A stretch of DNA of 64,000 bases from an uncultured Synergistaceae bacterium (GCA_964483085.1 CAYZZX010000002.1:898-64897); one strand, 5' to 3'; positions 8,595 to 17,428 are shown, counted from the first letter of the stretch. Notes: generated by a model from the letters alone, not told the origin. A program made the numbers and translations.

Positions 8595-9836
8595 GTGAAC
8601 TCAAAAATAGCCGATCCCTCCCTTGCCCCTTCGGGGGAGAAAAAAATAGCCTGGGCCCGCCAATACATGCCGGTTATGAACTTGCTCGAGGAGAAATACC
8701 GGGCCGAACAGCCCCTTCGGGGAGAGCGTATTGCCGCCTGCCTTCACCTTGAGGCCAAGACCGCCTGTCTTCTTCTGACCATGAAGGCCCTCGGAGCCGA
8801 GGTCACCGCCGCGGGAAGCAACCCTCTCTCCACCCAGGACGACGTCTGTGCTGCCCTCGTGAAGTCTGGAGTAGCCGTCTTCAGCCACCACGGCATGTCC
8901 ACAGAGGAATATTTCGCCCATATCGACTCAGTTCTGGACGCAAAGCCCACTCTGCTGGCGGATGATGGAGCAGACCTCGCCGCCGCCCTCCATACCTCCA
9001 GAAGGGATATTCTGGCCGGAGTCAAGGGAGGCTCAGAGGAGACCACCTCAGGAGTGAAGCGCCTGAAGGCCATGCACGAAGAAGGAGTATTGGCCCTTCC
9101 CATGATCTCCGTCAACGACGCCTACAGCAAATACCTCTTCGACAACCGCTACGGCACGGGGCAGTCCGTCCTCGACGGCCTCCTCCGCACCACGAACCTG
9201 CTGATTGCGGGAAAGACCGTAGTGATCGTAGGGTACGGCTGGTGCGGCCGCGGGATCGCCCTCCGTGCCTCGGCTCTGGGCGCCCGGGTCGTGGTGGTGG
9301 AGATCGACCCCCACCGGGCCTTTGAGGCCCTCATGGACGGATATTCCATCTCCTCCATGGCCGACGCCGCCCCTCTCGGAGATATCTTTCTCACCCTCAC
9401 GGGCAACACGAGAGTTCTTCGGGCAGAGCATTTTGAAAAAATGAAAGACGGAGTGCTTCTGGGCAACGCCGGGCATTTCGACGTGGAGATTTGCAAGCCT
9501 GACCTCGAGGCCCTGGCCGTATCGATTGGAGAGAGCCGCCCCGGCATCACGACCTACACGACGAAGGACGGCCGCCGTCTTCATCTGCTGGGTGAGGGGC
9601 GCCTCGTCAACCTCGCCTGTGCAGACGGTCATCCCGTGGAGATCATGGACCTCAGCTTCGCCCTGCAGCTCGAAACGGCTATCTATATGACCAATCACGA
9701 ACTGGAGCCCGGGCTCTACGATGTTCCCGCCGAGATCGACCGGGGCGTGATGGAGATGAAGCTCGCCTCCATGAATATCACCCTGGATAAAATGACCCCG
9801 GAACAGGAGGAATATATGAGAGGGTGGCAGGAGTAA
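8595..9836 (+). CDS. ahcY: Adenosylhomocysteinase (short archaeal/Thermotoga-type)
   Basis: GTG 8595 follows RBS aaaggag (8581-8587), 2 nt after the mtnA stop. It contains the SAH hydrolase core (SEETTSGVKRLKAM, VNDAYSKYLFDNRYGTGQS), the NAD fold (VVIVGYGWCGRGIA) and GHFDVEI. Confidence 0.92.
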   Translation: MNSKIADPSLAPSGEKKIAWARQYMPVMNLLEEKYRAEQPLRGERIAACLHLEAKTACLLLTMKALGAEVTAAGSNPLSTQDDVCAALVKSGVAVFSHHGMSTEEYFAHIDSVLDAKPTLLADDGADLAAALHTSRRDILAGVKGGSEETTSGVKRLKAMHEEGVLALPMISVNDAYSKYLFDNRYGTGQSVLDGLLRTTNLLIAGKTVVIVGYGWCGRGIALRASALGARVVVVEIDPHRAFEALMDGYSISSMADAAPLGDIFLTLTGNTRVLRAEHFEKMKDGVLLGNAGHFDVEICKPDLEALAVSIGESRPGITTYTTKDGRRLHLLGEGRLVNLACADGHPVEIMDLSFALQLETAIYMTNHELEPGLYDVPAEIDRGVMEMKLASMNITLDKMTPEQEEYMRGWQE

Positions 9837-11114
9837 ATGCCCCTTCTGCTGAAAAACATGCTTCTGTGCGACGGCCTGCGAGAGCGGGGGGAGTACGCCT
9901 CCCTTCTCGTGGAGGAGGGGGTTATCTCCGCTATCCTCCCGGCTGATGAAGCTCTGGACTGTGGCGAGGTGGTGGACGGAAAAGGACGAATGGCCCTGAT
10001 ACCGGGGTTCGTGAACGCCCATACCCACGCAGCCATGGTCCTGCTCCGGGGGATGGGGGAGGATTCGCCCCTGAAGGAATGGCTTGAAACGAAAATATGG
10101 CCCGTGGAGGCTCGGCTCACCCGGGAGCATATTTCCTGGGGGACGAAGCAGGCCCTTCTCGAGATGGCCGCCAACGGCGTGACTGCCTTCGCGGATATGT
10201 ACTTTGAAATGGACGCAGTGGTTGAGGCTGCCCTTGAAATGGGGATCCGCATCGCTGCCTGCCAGGGGATCGTCGGAGACGACCCGGCGAAGCTCGCCAA
10301 GGGGCTGGCCCTCGCCGACACCTGGAAGGGAAAGGAAGGTTTCGTCTCCGTCCAGCTCGGCCCCCATGCCCCCTACACCCTCTCCCTTCCCTTTCTGAAG
10401 GAGATATGCGCCGCAGCGAAGGACAGCAATATCGGTGTGCATTTCCATTTTCTTGAAACTCAGGATGAGATCGACTATCTGAAGAAGAACTTCGGCCTCT
10501 CTCCTGCGGAGTATCTCGAGCAATCGGGGATCGCTTCGGCCCCCTCCGCGCTTCTCGCCCACTGCGTCTGGCTCGACCCTGCTGTCCTTGACGGTGCCGA
10601 TTTCTCCCGTACGGCTCTCGTCCACAACCCCAACAGCAACTGCAAGCTGGGAAGCGGTATTATGGACCTGGCCGGCCTTTCGGCGAAGATGCCCAGGATA
10701 GCGCTGGGCACCGACGGAGCGGCGAGCAACAACCGCCTCGACATCTGGGGGGAGATGCGCAGCGCAGCCCTCCTCGCCAAAGCGACCACGGGAGACCCCA
10801 CGACAGTGAGAGTCCGGGATGTTTTGCGGATGGCCACCCTTGAAGGGGCAAAAGCCCTCGGCTTTTCCAGCACGGGTTTGATCAGGGAGGGGTGGGCGGC
10901 GGACCTGGTGCTGATCGACCTCGACCGGCCCTCCTACGTCGGCGTGGACGAAGAGAACGTCCACGGTTTTCTCGTCTATGCGGGAGGAGTGGAGGACATC
11001 GCCGGCACAATGGTCGCCGGGCGGTGGATCTACAGAAACGGCGGATACCCCCATGCCGACCGGGAAGAGATTCTCGTAAAGGCGAAAGAAATGCGGAAGA
11101 ACCTGTTGCAGTAG
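9837..11114 (+). CDS. mtaD: 5-methylthioadenosine/S-adenosylhomocysteine deaminase (amidohydrolase)
   Basis: 425-aa ORF starting on the base after the ahcY stop. It has the motifs FVNAHTHAAMVLLRG, LKEWLETKIWPVE, HFHFLETQDE, AHCVWL, NPNSNCKLGSG and GTDGAASNNRLD, which are typical of the MtaD/Tm0936 subgroup. Confidence 0.85.
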   Translation: MPLLLKNMLLCDGLRERGEYASLLVEEGVISAILPADEALDCGEVVDGKGRMALIPGFVNAHTHAAMVLLRGMGEDSPLKEWLETKIWPVEARLTREHISWGTKQALLEMAANGVTAFADMYFEMDAVVEAALEMGIRIAACQGIVGDDPAKLAKGLALADTWKGKEGFVSVQLGPHAPYTLSLPFLKEICAAAKDSNIGVHFHFLETQDEIDYLKKNFGLSPAEYLEQSGIASAPSALLAHCVWLDPAVLDGADFSRTALVHNPNSNCKLGSGIMDLAGLSAKMPRIALGTDGAASNNRLDIWGEMRSAALLAKATTGDPTTVRVRDVLRMATLEGAKALGFSSTGLIREGWAADLVLIDLDRPSYVGVDEENVHGFLVYAGGVEDIAGTMVAGRWIYRNGGYPHADREEILVKAKEMRKNLLQ

Positions 11115-11301
11115 GCTAAGGGGTTTCTCCTGACGAAAACAGGTCAAGAAATAGGAGTTGGCCCCAAAAAAGAATCAACTCCGGGAGGTTGTTTCTGCGT
11201 TCATTCAAGATAACGAAAAAATAATAAAGCCTGCCGGGTTTTCAAGAGAAATACAGCTTTTTCCGGTCTTGAAAACTCTTATCTTGAAAATTTTAAATTG
11301 A

Positions 11302-11334
11302 GACAGCCGCAGCCTTCCGAAGGCTGCGGCTGTC
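11302..11334. terminator. Strong hairpin between convergent genes; terminator of the minus-strand operon and possibly of mtaD
   Basis: gacagccgcagcctt (11302-11316) is the perfect reverse complement of aaggctgcggctgtc (11320-11334). On the minus strand a T/A-rich tract follows it (tcaatttaaaattttc). Confidence 0.7.
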
Positions 11335-11372
11335 TTCGTAATACAACATACAACACGACGTGATTCCTGCGG

Positions 11373-13811
11373 TTAGAGCTGCATGTTTTTCTCTCTCATA
11401 AAGGCATCCAGCTTTCGTACGTGTTCCTCCACAGTGCTGTTATGGTAGATTGCGAGCCCCTCTCGGTATTTCCGCAGGGCATCGGCGTATCTTTTCCCCT
11501 TCTGCAGCTCCATTCCCTGCCGCCAAAGGGCTTCAGCCCTCCCCTTTGCTTTCGGAATTACGGCCTCGAGTCGTGCGGCGTGTATCTGTACGTCGCTATC
11601 AGGCATCAGCTCGAGCCCCCTGCGGTAGAGTGAAAGGGCTTCTTCGTACTTTTTCACCTTCTGCAGCTCACCGGCCTCTCTCCAGAGGGCCTTGGCCTGC
11701 TCTTTGAGATCTCTGACGGGAGCTTCAGTGGTGGTGGAGAGGTCCGGCAGCTGCGGGAGTTCCAGTGCAGGCTTTTGCTGGGCCTCGGCTTCAGCTTTTT
11801 TGTCAGCTTCAGGTTCAGGTATCTTTCCAAGATCTGCTTCAGGTTTTTGGTCCGGTTCAGTTACAGGCTTTTGTTTTGGCTCCTGTTCGTCCTTTTGATC
11901 CCGTTCCGGTTGAGATGGATCTTCCGTTGGCGGAGGGAGAGCAGCCCGGCGCTCCAGCCCTTCGGCGTATGCCTTTGCCGCCGGATCATCATGAAAGGCG
12001 AGGCTTTCCCTGTATTTTGCGGCGGCTCCTGCGTCGTCCCCGCCATCCTCAAGGGTAGCTGCTTCCTCCCGCAAGGAGAGTGCCTTCTTCAGCATCGCAA
12101 GTTCCTCTTCCAGGCCTGTTTTTTTGTCAGTCTCCACCAAGGGGGTTTCGGATACCTGCGGAACTGTTTCCTGTGAGACATCTTCAGGTTCGAGCTTCTT
12201 TTCGGGGGGTGTTTGAACACTCATTTCGCCTGGAACAGCCTTTACAGCGGGTGGCAGGATTTTTGCCGGAAAGGCATTTTTCATCCTGTGTATTGAGGGC
12301 TCGCCGGGGCCGTATCCGCTGGGGCGGTCTTTAATGATGACATCTCCGTCGGGCAGTACCGCCATCCCCGTGACGATGCCGAAGGTCCTCCGGACGGGGA
12401 TAATCTGAAGAAATCTGCCGTCCGGGTCGTAGATCCAGATTCCGTCCTCGGAATCGTCATAGACGTAGATCCTTCCCTCCCCGTCCGCCCCGATGTAGTC
12501 GGGGCGAAAGTACGTCCTTTCATCTCCGGGAGCGGGTTGTAAATCCGTCCCCCAGAGGGGCCACTCCTTCAGGAGTTTTCCCTCCAGATCGTACACCTCG
12601 AAGGTGTCGGCGTTGTCGTTTTCCACCGGTGTTTTGGACAGAATGATTCTTTCACCGGGAAGGAGGGCCATCTGGTTGACTGACTCCAGATCCCAGGAGG
12701 CCAGTAAATTCCCTTCGGGTGAGAATACAAGTACCCGAGGCTTGCCCTCGCTTATCTCGCTGGTTCCCAGGGTGACGATCTTTCCCGTCTCTGTGACGGC
12801 CAGGAATTGAGGTTTATAAAACCCCTTCTCTCCGATGGATTTCCTACCCGCTTGTATTTTGCCCAGAAACTCCCCTTTTCTGGAAAATCTCTGGATATTG
12901 GCGTCCACAGAGGATCCCTCGTCGGCCACATACAGGGATCCGTCGGGGGCAAAGGCTATGACCGTAGGCCATGTAAAGGTGCCGTCCTCTCCCCTTCCCT
13001 TCGTTCCCCACTCATCCATAAGGACCCCTGCCGGATCGAAAAAACGGATCCTTTTGCCGAAACGGTCAAGAACTGCTACGGTTCCATCGGCCGCAGCAAA
13101 GGGCCCCTCGGAGTGCCGGAAGCTCTTCTCGGTCGCACCGAAGGGGAAGGACGCTGCTTTTTCGAGGGGGGGAGTGCCCTCCTTCACCGAGGAGAGGATC
13201 CTTTGGATGACGTCTTTGTACTCGTCGGGCGATTCGGAAGAGCCCACGACCATAACAAGGGTATATTTCCCATCGGGGTCGCTCTCCCTGCCCACGATGA
13301 TGTTTCCCCATAGCTTCTTTGTGGATCCTTTAATATCCCCCTCGGCGGAAAAGGCATAGAGGGCCGCCGGCCGTCCGCGGAAGGTGGTCTCCTCTTCTCT
13401 TGAGGAGAAGTTCTTCGCCTTGTCCTTTTCAGCCCCTTTTTCTATGGAGGCAAAGAAGGCCCGGTAGTCTCCTCCTTTCGGAGCTCTTTCGCGGATGACT
13501 CCGATGCTGACCCCTGAGAGGCCAGCCGAAGACGGATCATCGAGAGCGTCCGGATGTACCCCCGTAAAGTAGCCCACAGTGTCTCTGTCTCGTAGGGGCT
13601 TCCAGTCGGACGGGATTGCCATGTAAAAGTGGTTCATCCACCGCAGGGTCATCCCCGGTGGGACCTCCCCTTCGGCGCTCGCGGCGGGGTACGCCGGTAC
13701 AAGAACCAGCAGAAGAACGAGAGGTATGAAGAGAGAGCGGGGTAGAAGCATTCTTTTCTCTCCCCTCATCCGGAAAGAGCTGAAAATGGACTTCGATAGA
13801 AAATTGTTCAT
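11373..13811 (-). CDS. Exported NHL-repeat beta-propeller protein with Pro/Glu/Lys-rich linker and C-terminal TPR-like repeats
   Basis: The track ORF runs to 13856. I prefer ATG 13811 (MNNFLSK...) because a perfect aggagg lies 8 nt upstream. It has a signal/anchor LLPRSLFIPLVLLLVLVPAYPAASA. Repeated propeller blades read ...GSLYVADEGS..., ...GKIVTLGT... and ...GRIYVYDDSEDGIWIYDPDGRF... Two near-identical C-terminal helical repeats are present (ALWREAGELQKVKKYEEALSLYRRGLEL and ALWRQGMELQKGKRYADALRKYREGLAI). Confidence 0.8.
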   Translation of the reverse strand: MNNFLSKSIFSSFRMRGEKRMLLPRSLFIPLVLLLVLVPAYPAASAEGEVPPGMTLRWMNHFYMAIPSDWKPLRDRDTVGYFTGVHPDALDDPSSAGLSGVSIGVIRERAPKGGDYRAFFASIEKGAEKDKAKNFSSREEETTFRGRPAALYAFSAEGDIKGSTKKLWGNIIVGRESDPDGKYTLVMVVGSSESPDEYKDVIQRILSSVKEGTPPLEKAASFPFGATEKSFRHSEGPFAAADGTVAVLDRFGKRIRFFDPAGVLMDEWGTKGRGEDGTFTWPTVIAFAPDGSLYVADEGSSVDANIQRFSRKGEFLGKIQAGRKSIGEKGFYKPQFLAVTETGKIVTLGTSEISEGKPRVLVFSPEGNLLASWDLESVNQMALLPGERIILSKTPVENDNADTFEVYDLEGKLLKEWPLWGTDLQPAPGDERTYFRPDYIGADGEGRIYVYDDSEDGIWIYDPDGRFLQIIPVRRTFGIVTGMAVLPDGDVIIKDRPSGYGPGEPSIHRMKNAFPAKILPPAVKAVPGEMSVQTPPEKKLEPEDVSQETVPQVSETPLVETDKKTGLEEELAMLKKALSLREEAATLEDGGDDAGAAAKYRESLAFHDDPAAKAYAEGLERRAALPPPTEDPSQPERDQKDEQEPKQKPVTEPDQKPEADLGKIPEPEADKKAEAEAQQKPALELPQLPDLSTTTEAPVRDLKEQAKALWREAGELQKVKKYEEALSLYRRGLELMPDSDVQIHAARLEAVIPKAKGRAEALWRQGMELQKGKRYADALRKYREGLAIYHNSTVEEHVRKLDAFMREKNMQL

Positions 13812-13852
13812 GATTGTTTCCTCCTTCTCTCTGGATGCCGGGAATGCGGACA

Positions 13853-16576
13853 TCACTTCACGGGGCAGAAGTAGACCCCTACGGGAAAGGATACGGACAT
13901 ATTCTCGTATCGGAGGGGAGCGCCTGTACTCTCCCAGGGGTCGCCGCTTTTTTTGAAAAACTCAAGGGTGTAGAACATCACCAGGTCCAGGGCGAAGGAC
14001 TCGGGAGTCTTCCCCTTTTCCGGCGTCCATGAAAGGGATGTTGATCCTCCGCTCCCCCGAACATAGGGGCTCGAGAGGGTGCCGGTGGTGAAGAACCACT
14101 GCTGAACTGCCATTCGCCCCTCCACTCTGTCAAGCTTGCCCTCTTCATTCGGCATGGAGAGAGTAACGGGGGGGATTTTGCCGAGGGATACGGAGAGGGA
14201 GAGGGTGACGGGACGGCCTGCCTCCTGGTAGCCGCTCCCCAGAACGGGACGCCTCTGGACCGGCCCGGCAGAGCTATCCAGCCCGGCCATCGAGAGGGCC
14301 TGTTTCATCGCCTCGGCCATCTGAGAGTCGCTCAGACTGATGCCCATCTTCGCCATCTCCTTTGCCATCTGGTCTTTCATGAAGTCCCCGGCCTTTGCGA
14401 CCCCCTCAGTAAGCTGTTCCAGCCGTTTTCCCTCGGGGCTGTCCGGGGGGATATCCCCGGTGATACCTGAAATCGAAGGGGTGAGGACGAGAGGAACGGT
14501 AGGAAGATCCGCCGTCTGGTCATTGGCAAGAGGGGATCCGGTCATCCAGAAGGTCCGATTCTCAAAGAAATGGCGCTTTTCCCCCTTCAGGACGGTGATG
14601 GAGACGGTATCCTCCGCAAGTATTCTGCCCTTTTCATCCACAAGCCGAACAGTGGGCTGAAAGGAGTCTCCGGGCTTCAGGCCGGTGTATCGGTGCGTCT
14701 GGAGGGAGTTCTCCCCCGGCCCTTTCCGGTCTTCCACCACGGGGGTGCCGTCGCCGAAATCCCACTCGAAGAGATTGGCCTTTTCGGATTCCGGAGCAGC
14801 CTCAAATTCCTGCTCCGCTTCCGAGGAATCGTCGAGCAGCTCAAGGACCAGAACACGGGGAGGAAGGATCGTCACGTCTGTCTTCCCATCCTCTTTCCAT
14901 GCCTCGCTTTCGAAGATCCGGCTTCCCGCCTCGATTCGCAGAAAGGCCTCCTGGCCGGCTTTGATCTCGTAGAAGCTTTCCTCCTTGCTCAGCGGTCCTG
15001 CCGTGCCGGCGGCAAAAAGTTTGAGAGGGGCCTCTTCCAATACTCCCTCGTTGTTCTCGATCTGTTTCGGAGCTCCTTTGACGAAGAGGATTTTTCTTGT
15101 GTAGACGGTTTTATCCTTCTCCCTCACAACGAGATGGGCGGGACCGGAATACTGTATTGTCAGATCGTTGGCTTTCCACGCCAGGTCTTTTTCGCTCTTG
15201 TGCTTCATGGAAGCCTCAACTTCGATGATCCGCAGGGGCGTAGTTCGGGGATCGGCCCCCTCAGTCTCGGACTCAGTTTCTTCGAATTCCGCCGTCAGTT
15301 CAAGGGTGGGGTAGAAGAGATCTATGAGATCGGCGCAGGCATGGATGGCCACGGGCAGGAGGATCTCTCCCTGTCCTGCGGCGAAGGCGTGGGGGATCTG
15401 GAAGGGGCCGAGGCGTCTGAGGGCGACTGCTGTAGCCCTGCCGGCCTTTTCCTTGAAGCCTTCGAGATCGGATACAAAGGACTGTTCCGGGTCGAACCAG
15501 TGAAAACTGAGGCGGTCCTGGATCATGGGTGCCCGTTTTCCGTCGAAGACGCCGTAAAACCGCCGGACTTCCCGCTCCGTGAGGAATCCCGGGATCTTCT
15601 TTTTTTCCACGTCGAGGTCCTTCAGCTGAGGGGAGGGGTACCCCTTCTGGCGGTTGTTCGGAAGAACCTTGGACTCTTCGTCGTATATGGTGTCCAGAGT
15701 GTAAAAGGTCATGTTGACGAAGGAGGCCACCTGGCGGAAGAGCTCCGCCGGTCTCTGGAGCGTCCCTCCGGCGCTGGCCAGGAAGGGGCGTATCCGGGAG
15801 TCCAGGAAGGGTGAGCCTGCCGCCTTCCGGACATGTTCGCTGAAGGTGGCCGCTTCGATGGGTTCGTCCGCGGGGTGGGAGTCATTCCGTACGTGGGCGG
15901 GCTGGGTCATGTCTCCCAACATATGCATGGACTCCCCGAGGGCCCGGTATGCCCTTGAGAGCTGGAGTCTGCGATAGTCGTCGTGGTCCCGGGGAGGAAG
16001 GCTCAGGGATGTCTTGAAATGGGAGGAGCTCAGAGCCGGAGGAAGGGGATGATCATCCCTGACCTCGAGGGCGAGCTTGTAGGCCGAAAGGGCCGCGTAA
16101 AAACAGAAGGGGTTGTCGGGCGAACTGAGCCCCCAAGTCCTGGCGTCGGTGGCGGGGCTGTCGTACAGGCCGTGCCCTTCGCTCTGGTCAGTCAGATAGG
16201 CCACGCCGGACAGGCTGAGAGGATCGTAGAAATGTCGAACAGAGGAGTACAGGTGGGGTTCGTCCGCCCAGTCCCCTCCGCTGATGATCCACCCCCTGGG
16301 GGAAAGAACCCCTTCGGTCGGGAGAAAATCCGAGACGAGCAGGGAGGAGCCGCCGACTGCGATCCCCCGCAGGGGTTCGGTAAGCCCCGTGTCTGCAAAG
16401 GGGCCAATGCGGTACTTCTCCTTCCCCTTGGTATGACCGAGAAAGAGTTTTACAGCCTCAAGGTTGATCTGCCGGTGGGTATGCTGGCTCCAGGCTTCAG
16501 CAGGAGCGGCGGCAAAGAGGAATAGAGCGGTCAGCATGAGGATGGTGTTCCTTCGAATCCTTCGGTTGTACGTCAT
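13853..16576 (-). CDS. Secreted 907-aa protein: N-terminal zinc-dependent phospholipase C / S1-P1 nuclease-like domain plus PKD domain
   Basis: ATG start with aggagg upstream. The signal peptide ends AEA and is directly followed by W (AEA|WSQHTH). The motifs DWADEP, RHFYDP and HMLGDMTQPAHVRNDSHPADE parallel the metal-ligand motifs of Bacillus cereus PLC (SHFYDP, HYLGDVNQPMHAAN). A PKD-like module is present (FEWDFGDGTPVVEDRKG...THRYTGLKPGDSFQPTVRLVDEKG). Confidence 0.85.
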   Translation of the reverse strand: MTYNRRIRRNTILMLTALFLFAAAPAEAWSQHTHRQINLEAVKLFLGHTKGKEKYRIGPFADTGLTEPLRGIAVGGSSLLVSDFLPTEGVLSPRGWIISGGDWADEPHLYSSVRHFYDPLSLSGVAYLTDQSEGHGLYDSPATDARTWGLSSPDNPFCFYAALSAYKLALEVRDDHPLPPALSSSHFKTSLSLPPRDHDDYRRLQLSRAYRALGESMHMLGDMTQPAHVRNDSHPADEPIEAATFSEHVRKAAGSPFLDSRIRPFLASAGGTLQRPAELFRQVASFVNMTFYTLDTIYDEESKVLPNNRQKGYPSPQLKDLDVEKKKIPGFLTEREVRRFYGVFDGKRAPMIQDRLSFHWFDPEQSFVSDLEGFKEKAGRATAVALRRLGPFQIPHAFAAGQGEILLPVAIHACADLIDLFYPTLELTAEFEETESETEGADPRTTPLRIIEVEASMKHKSEKDLAWKANDLTIQYSGPAHLVVREKDKTVYTRKILFVKGAPKQIENNEGVLEEAPLKLFAAGTAGPLSKEESFYEIKAGQEAFLRIEAGSRIFESEAWKEDGKTDVTILPPRVLVLELLDDSSEAEQEFEAAPESEKANLFEWDFGDGTPVVEDRKGPGENSLQTHRYTGLKPGDSFQPTVRLVDEKGRILAEDTVSITVLKGEKRHFFENRTFWMTGSPLANDQTADLPTVPLVLTPSISGITGDIPPDSPEGKRLEQLTEGVAKAGDFMKDQMAKEMAKMGISLSDSQMAEAMKQALSMAGLDSSAGPVQRRPVLGSGYQEAGRPVTLSLSVSLGKIPPVTLSMPNEEGKLDRVEGRMAVQQWFFTTGTLSSPYVRGSGGSTSLSWTPEKGKTPESFALDLVMFYTLEFFKKSGDPWESTGAPLRYENMSVSFPVGVYFCPVK

Positions 16577-16601
16577 TGATCTTTTCCTCCTTTCTCCGGT
16601 A

Positions 16602-17399
16602 TTAAAAGTCGAAGAGTACCCATTTACCGTCTCTCTTCACCCATCGCACATAGAAGATAAAACCCCCCACATCCACGGCGTACTCGGAGGTCCGGAGAGT
16701 GCTGGAGGTGTCGGGGTCGGCATTCTCCGGGGCGCTCATGAAGCTCATATCCGCCTTTTCAAGAAGAGTGGCGAAGGAGGGCATCGCCTCGGGTTTTTGC
16801 TCAAAGAGGGCGGCGTAGACCTCCCGGCAGCTTTCGTCCACGAATCCGCTCGCCCCGGCGATGTCTCCGGCCGTGAGGGCATTCCTGAATCCGCTCAAGG
16901 ATTCTTCGATGGCCTGTTTTTCCACCGGAAGGTCGGGGTAGGTTTTCCAGTCGGCACTATCCCTGCCTCCCGGCACATCCTCAGGAATTACGGGCATCCC
17001 TGAAAGTATGGAGGCAGTTGTCTGTTCATCGGGCTTTTGAGCTGCGAGAAGCCCTTCAAGAGAGGCGATCCGGTCTCGCAGCGGCTGAAGATCAGGGCGC
17101 CAGAAACGCATTCTGTTCTCAAGCCCCTTGTCCGGGTAGAGGGCATGGCTTTTCGCGAAGGCCTCCATGGCGCCGGGAATATCCCTTGCTTCCTCCATCC
17201 GGAGTCCCTCATTGCGGAAAAAGAGCGCCTCTTCAAGAACTGCTATCCGGTTTCGAAGGGCGGAATCGGAAGGCCTGAACGAGGCATCTTTTTCCTGTGC
17301 GGCCGCCCCATGGCCGAACAATAAAAGCGGAATCAGAAGAAGGATACACCCCGCGTTTCTAAAAAATGTAACGGAAAAATAACAGCGTAATAGCTTCAT
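16602..17399 (-). CDS. Exported hypothetical protein (helical repeat N-part, possible NTF2-like C-part)
   Basis: 265-aa ORF with a signal peptide (ILLLIPLLLFGHGAAAQE). A helical module (ALFFRNEGLRMEEARDIPGAMEAFAKSHALYPDKGLE) resembles the C-terminal repeats of the 11373-13811 product. The C-terminus ends in beta strands (FIFYVRWVKRDGKWVLFDF). It lies 25 nt upstream of the next gene. Confidence 0.75.
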   Translation of the reverse strand: MKLLRCYFSVTFFRNAGCILLLIPLLLFGHGAAAQEKDASFRPSDSALRNRIAVLEEALFFRNEGLRMEEARDIPGAMEAFAKSHALYPDKGLENRMRFWRPDLQPLRDRIASLEGLLAAQKPDEQTTASILSGMPVIPEDVPGGRDSADWKTYPDLPVEKQAIEESLSGFRNALTAGDIAGASGFVDESCREVYAALFEQKPEAMPSFATLLEKADMSFMSAPENADPDTSSTLRTSEYAVDVGGFIFYVRWVKRDGKWVLFDF

Positions 17400-17428
17400 G
17401 ATCGATTTCCCCCCTGCCCTTGGCGGGC

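Noticed and set aside
9048-11147. Very long antisense ORFs opposite well-supported genes. Examples: 699 aa at 9048-11147, 490 aa at 3924-5396, 742 aa at 21295-23523, 446 aa at 49267-50607, 399 aa at 50961-52160, 393 aa at 34582-35763, 342 aa at 60845-61873, and 414 aa at 14570-15814.
   Set aside because: Their translations are low-complexity, Arg/Gly/Pro-rich strings with no recognisable motifs. Each lies opposite a gene with strong family signatures. Such shadow ORFs are expected in GC-rich DNA, where stop codons are rare in antisense frames.
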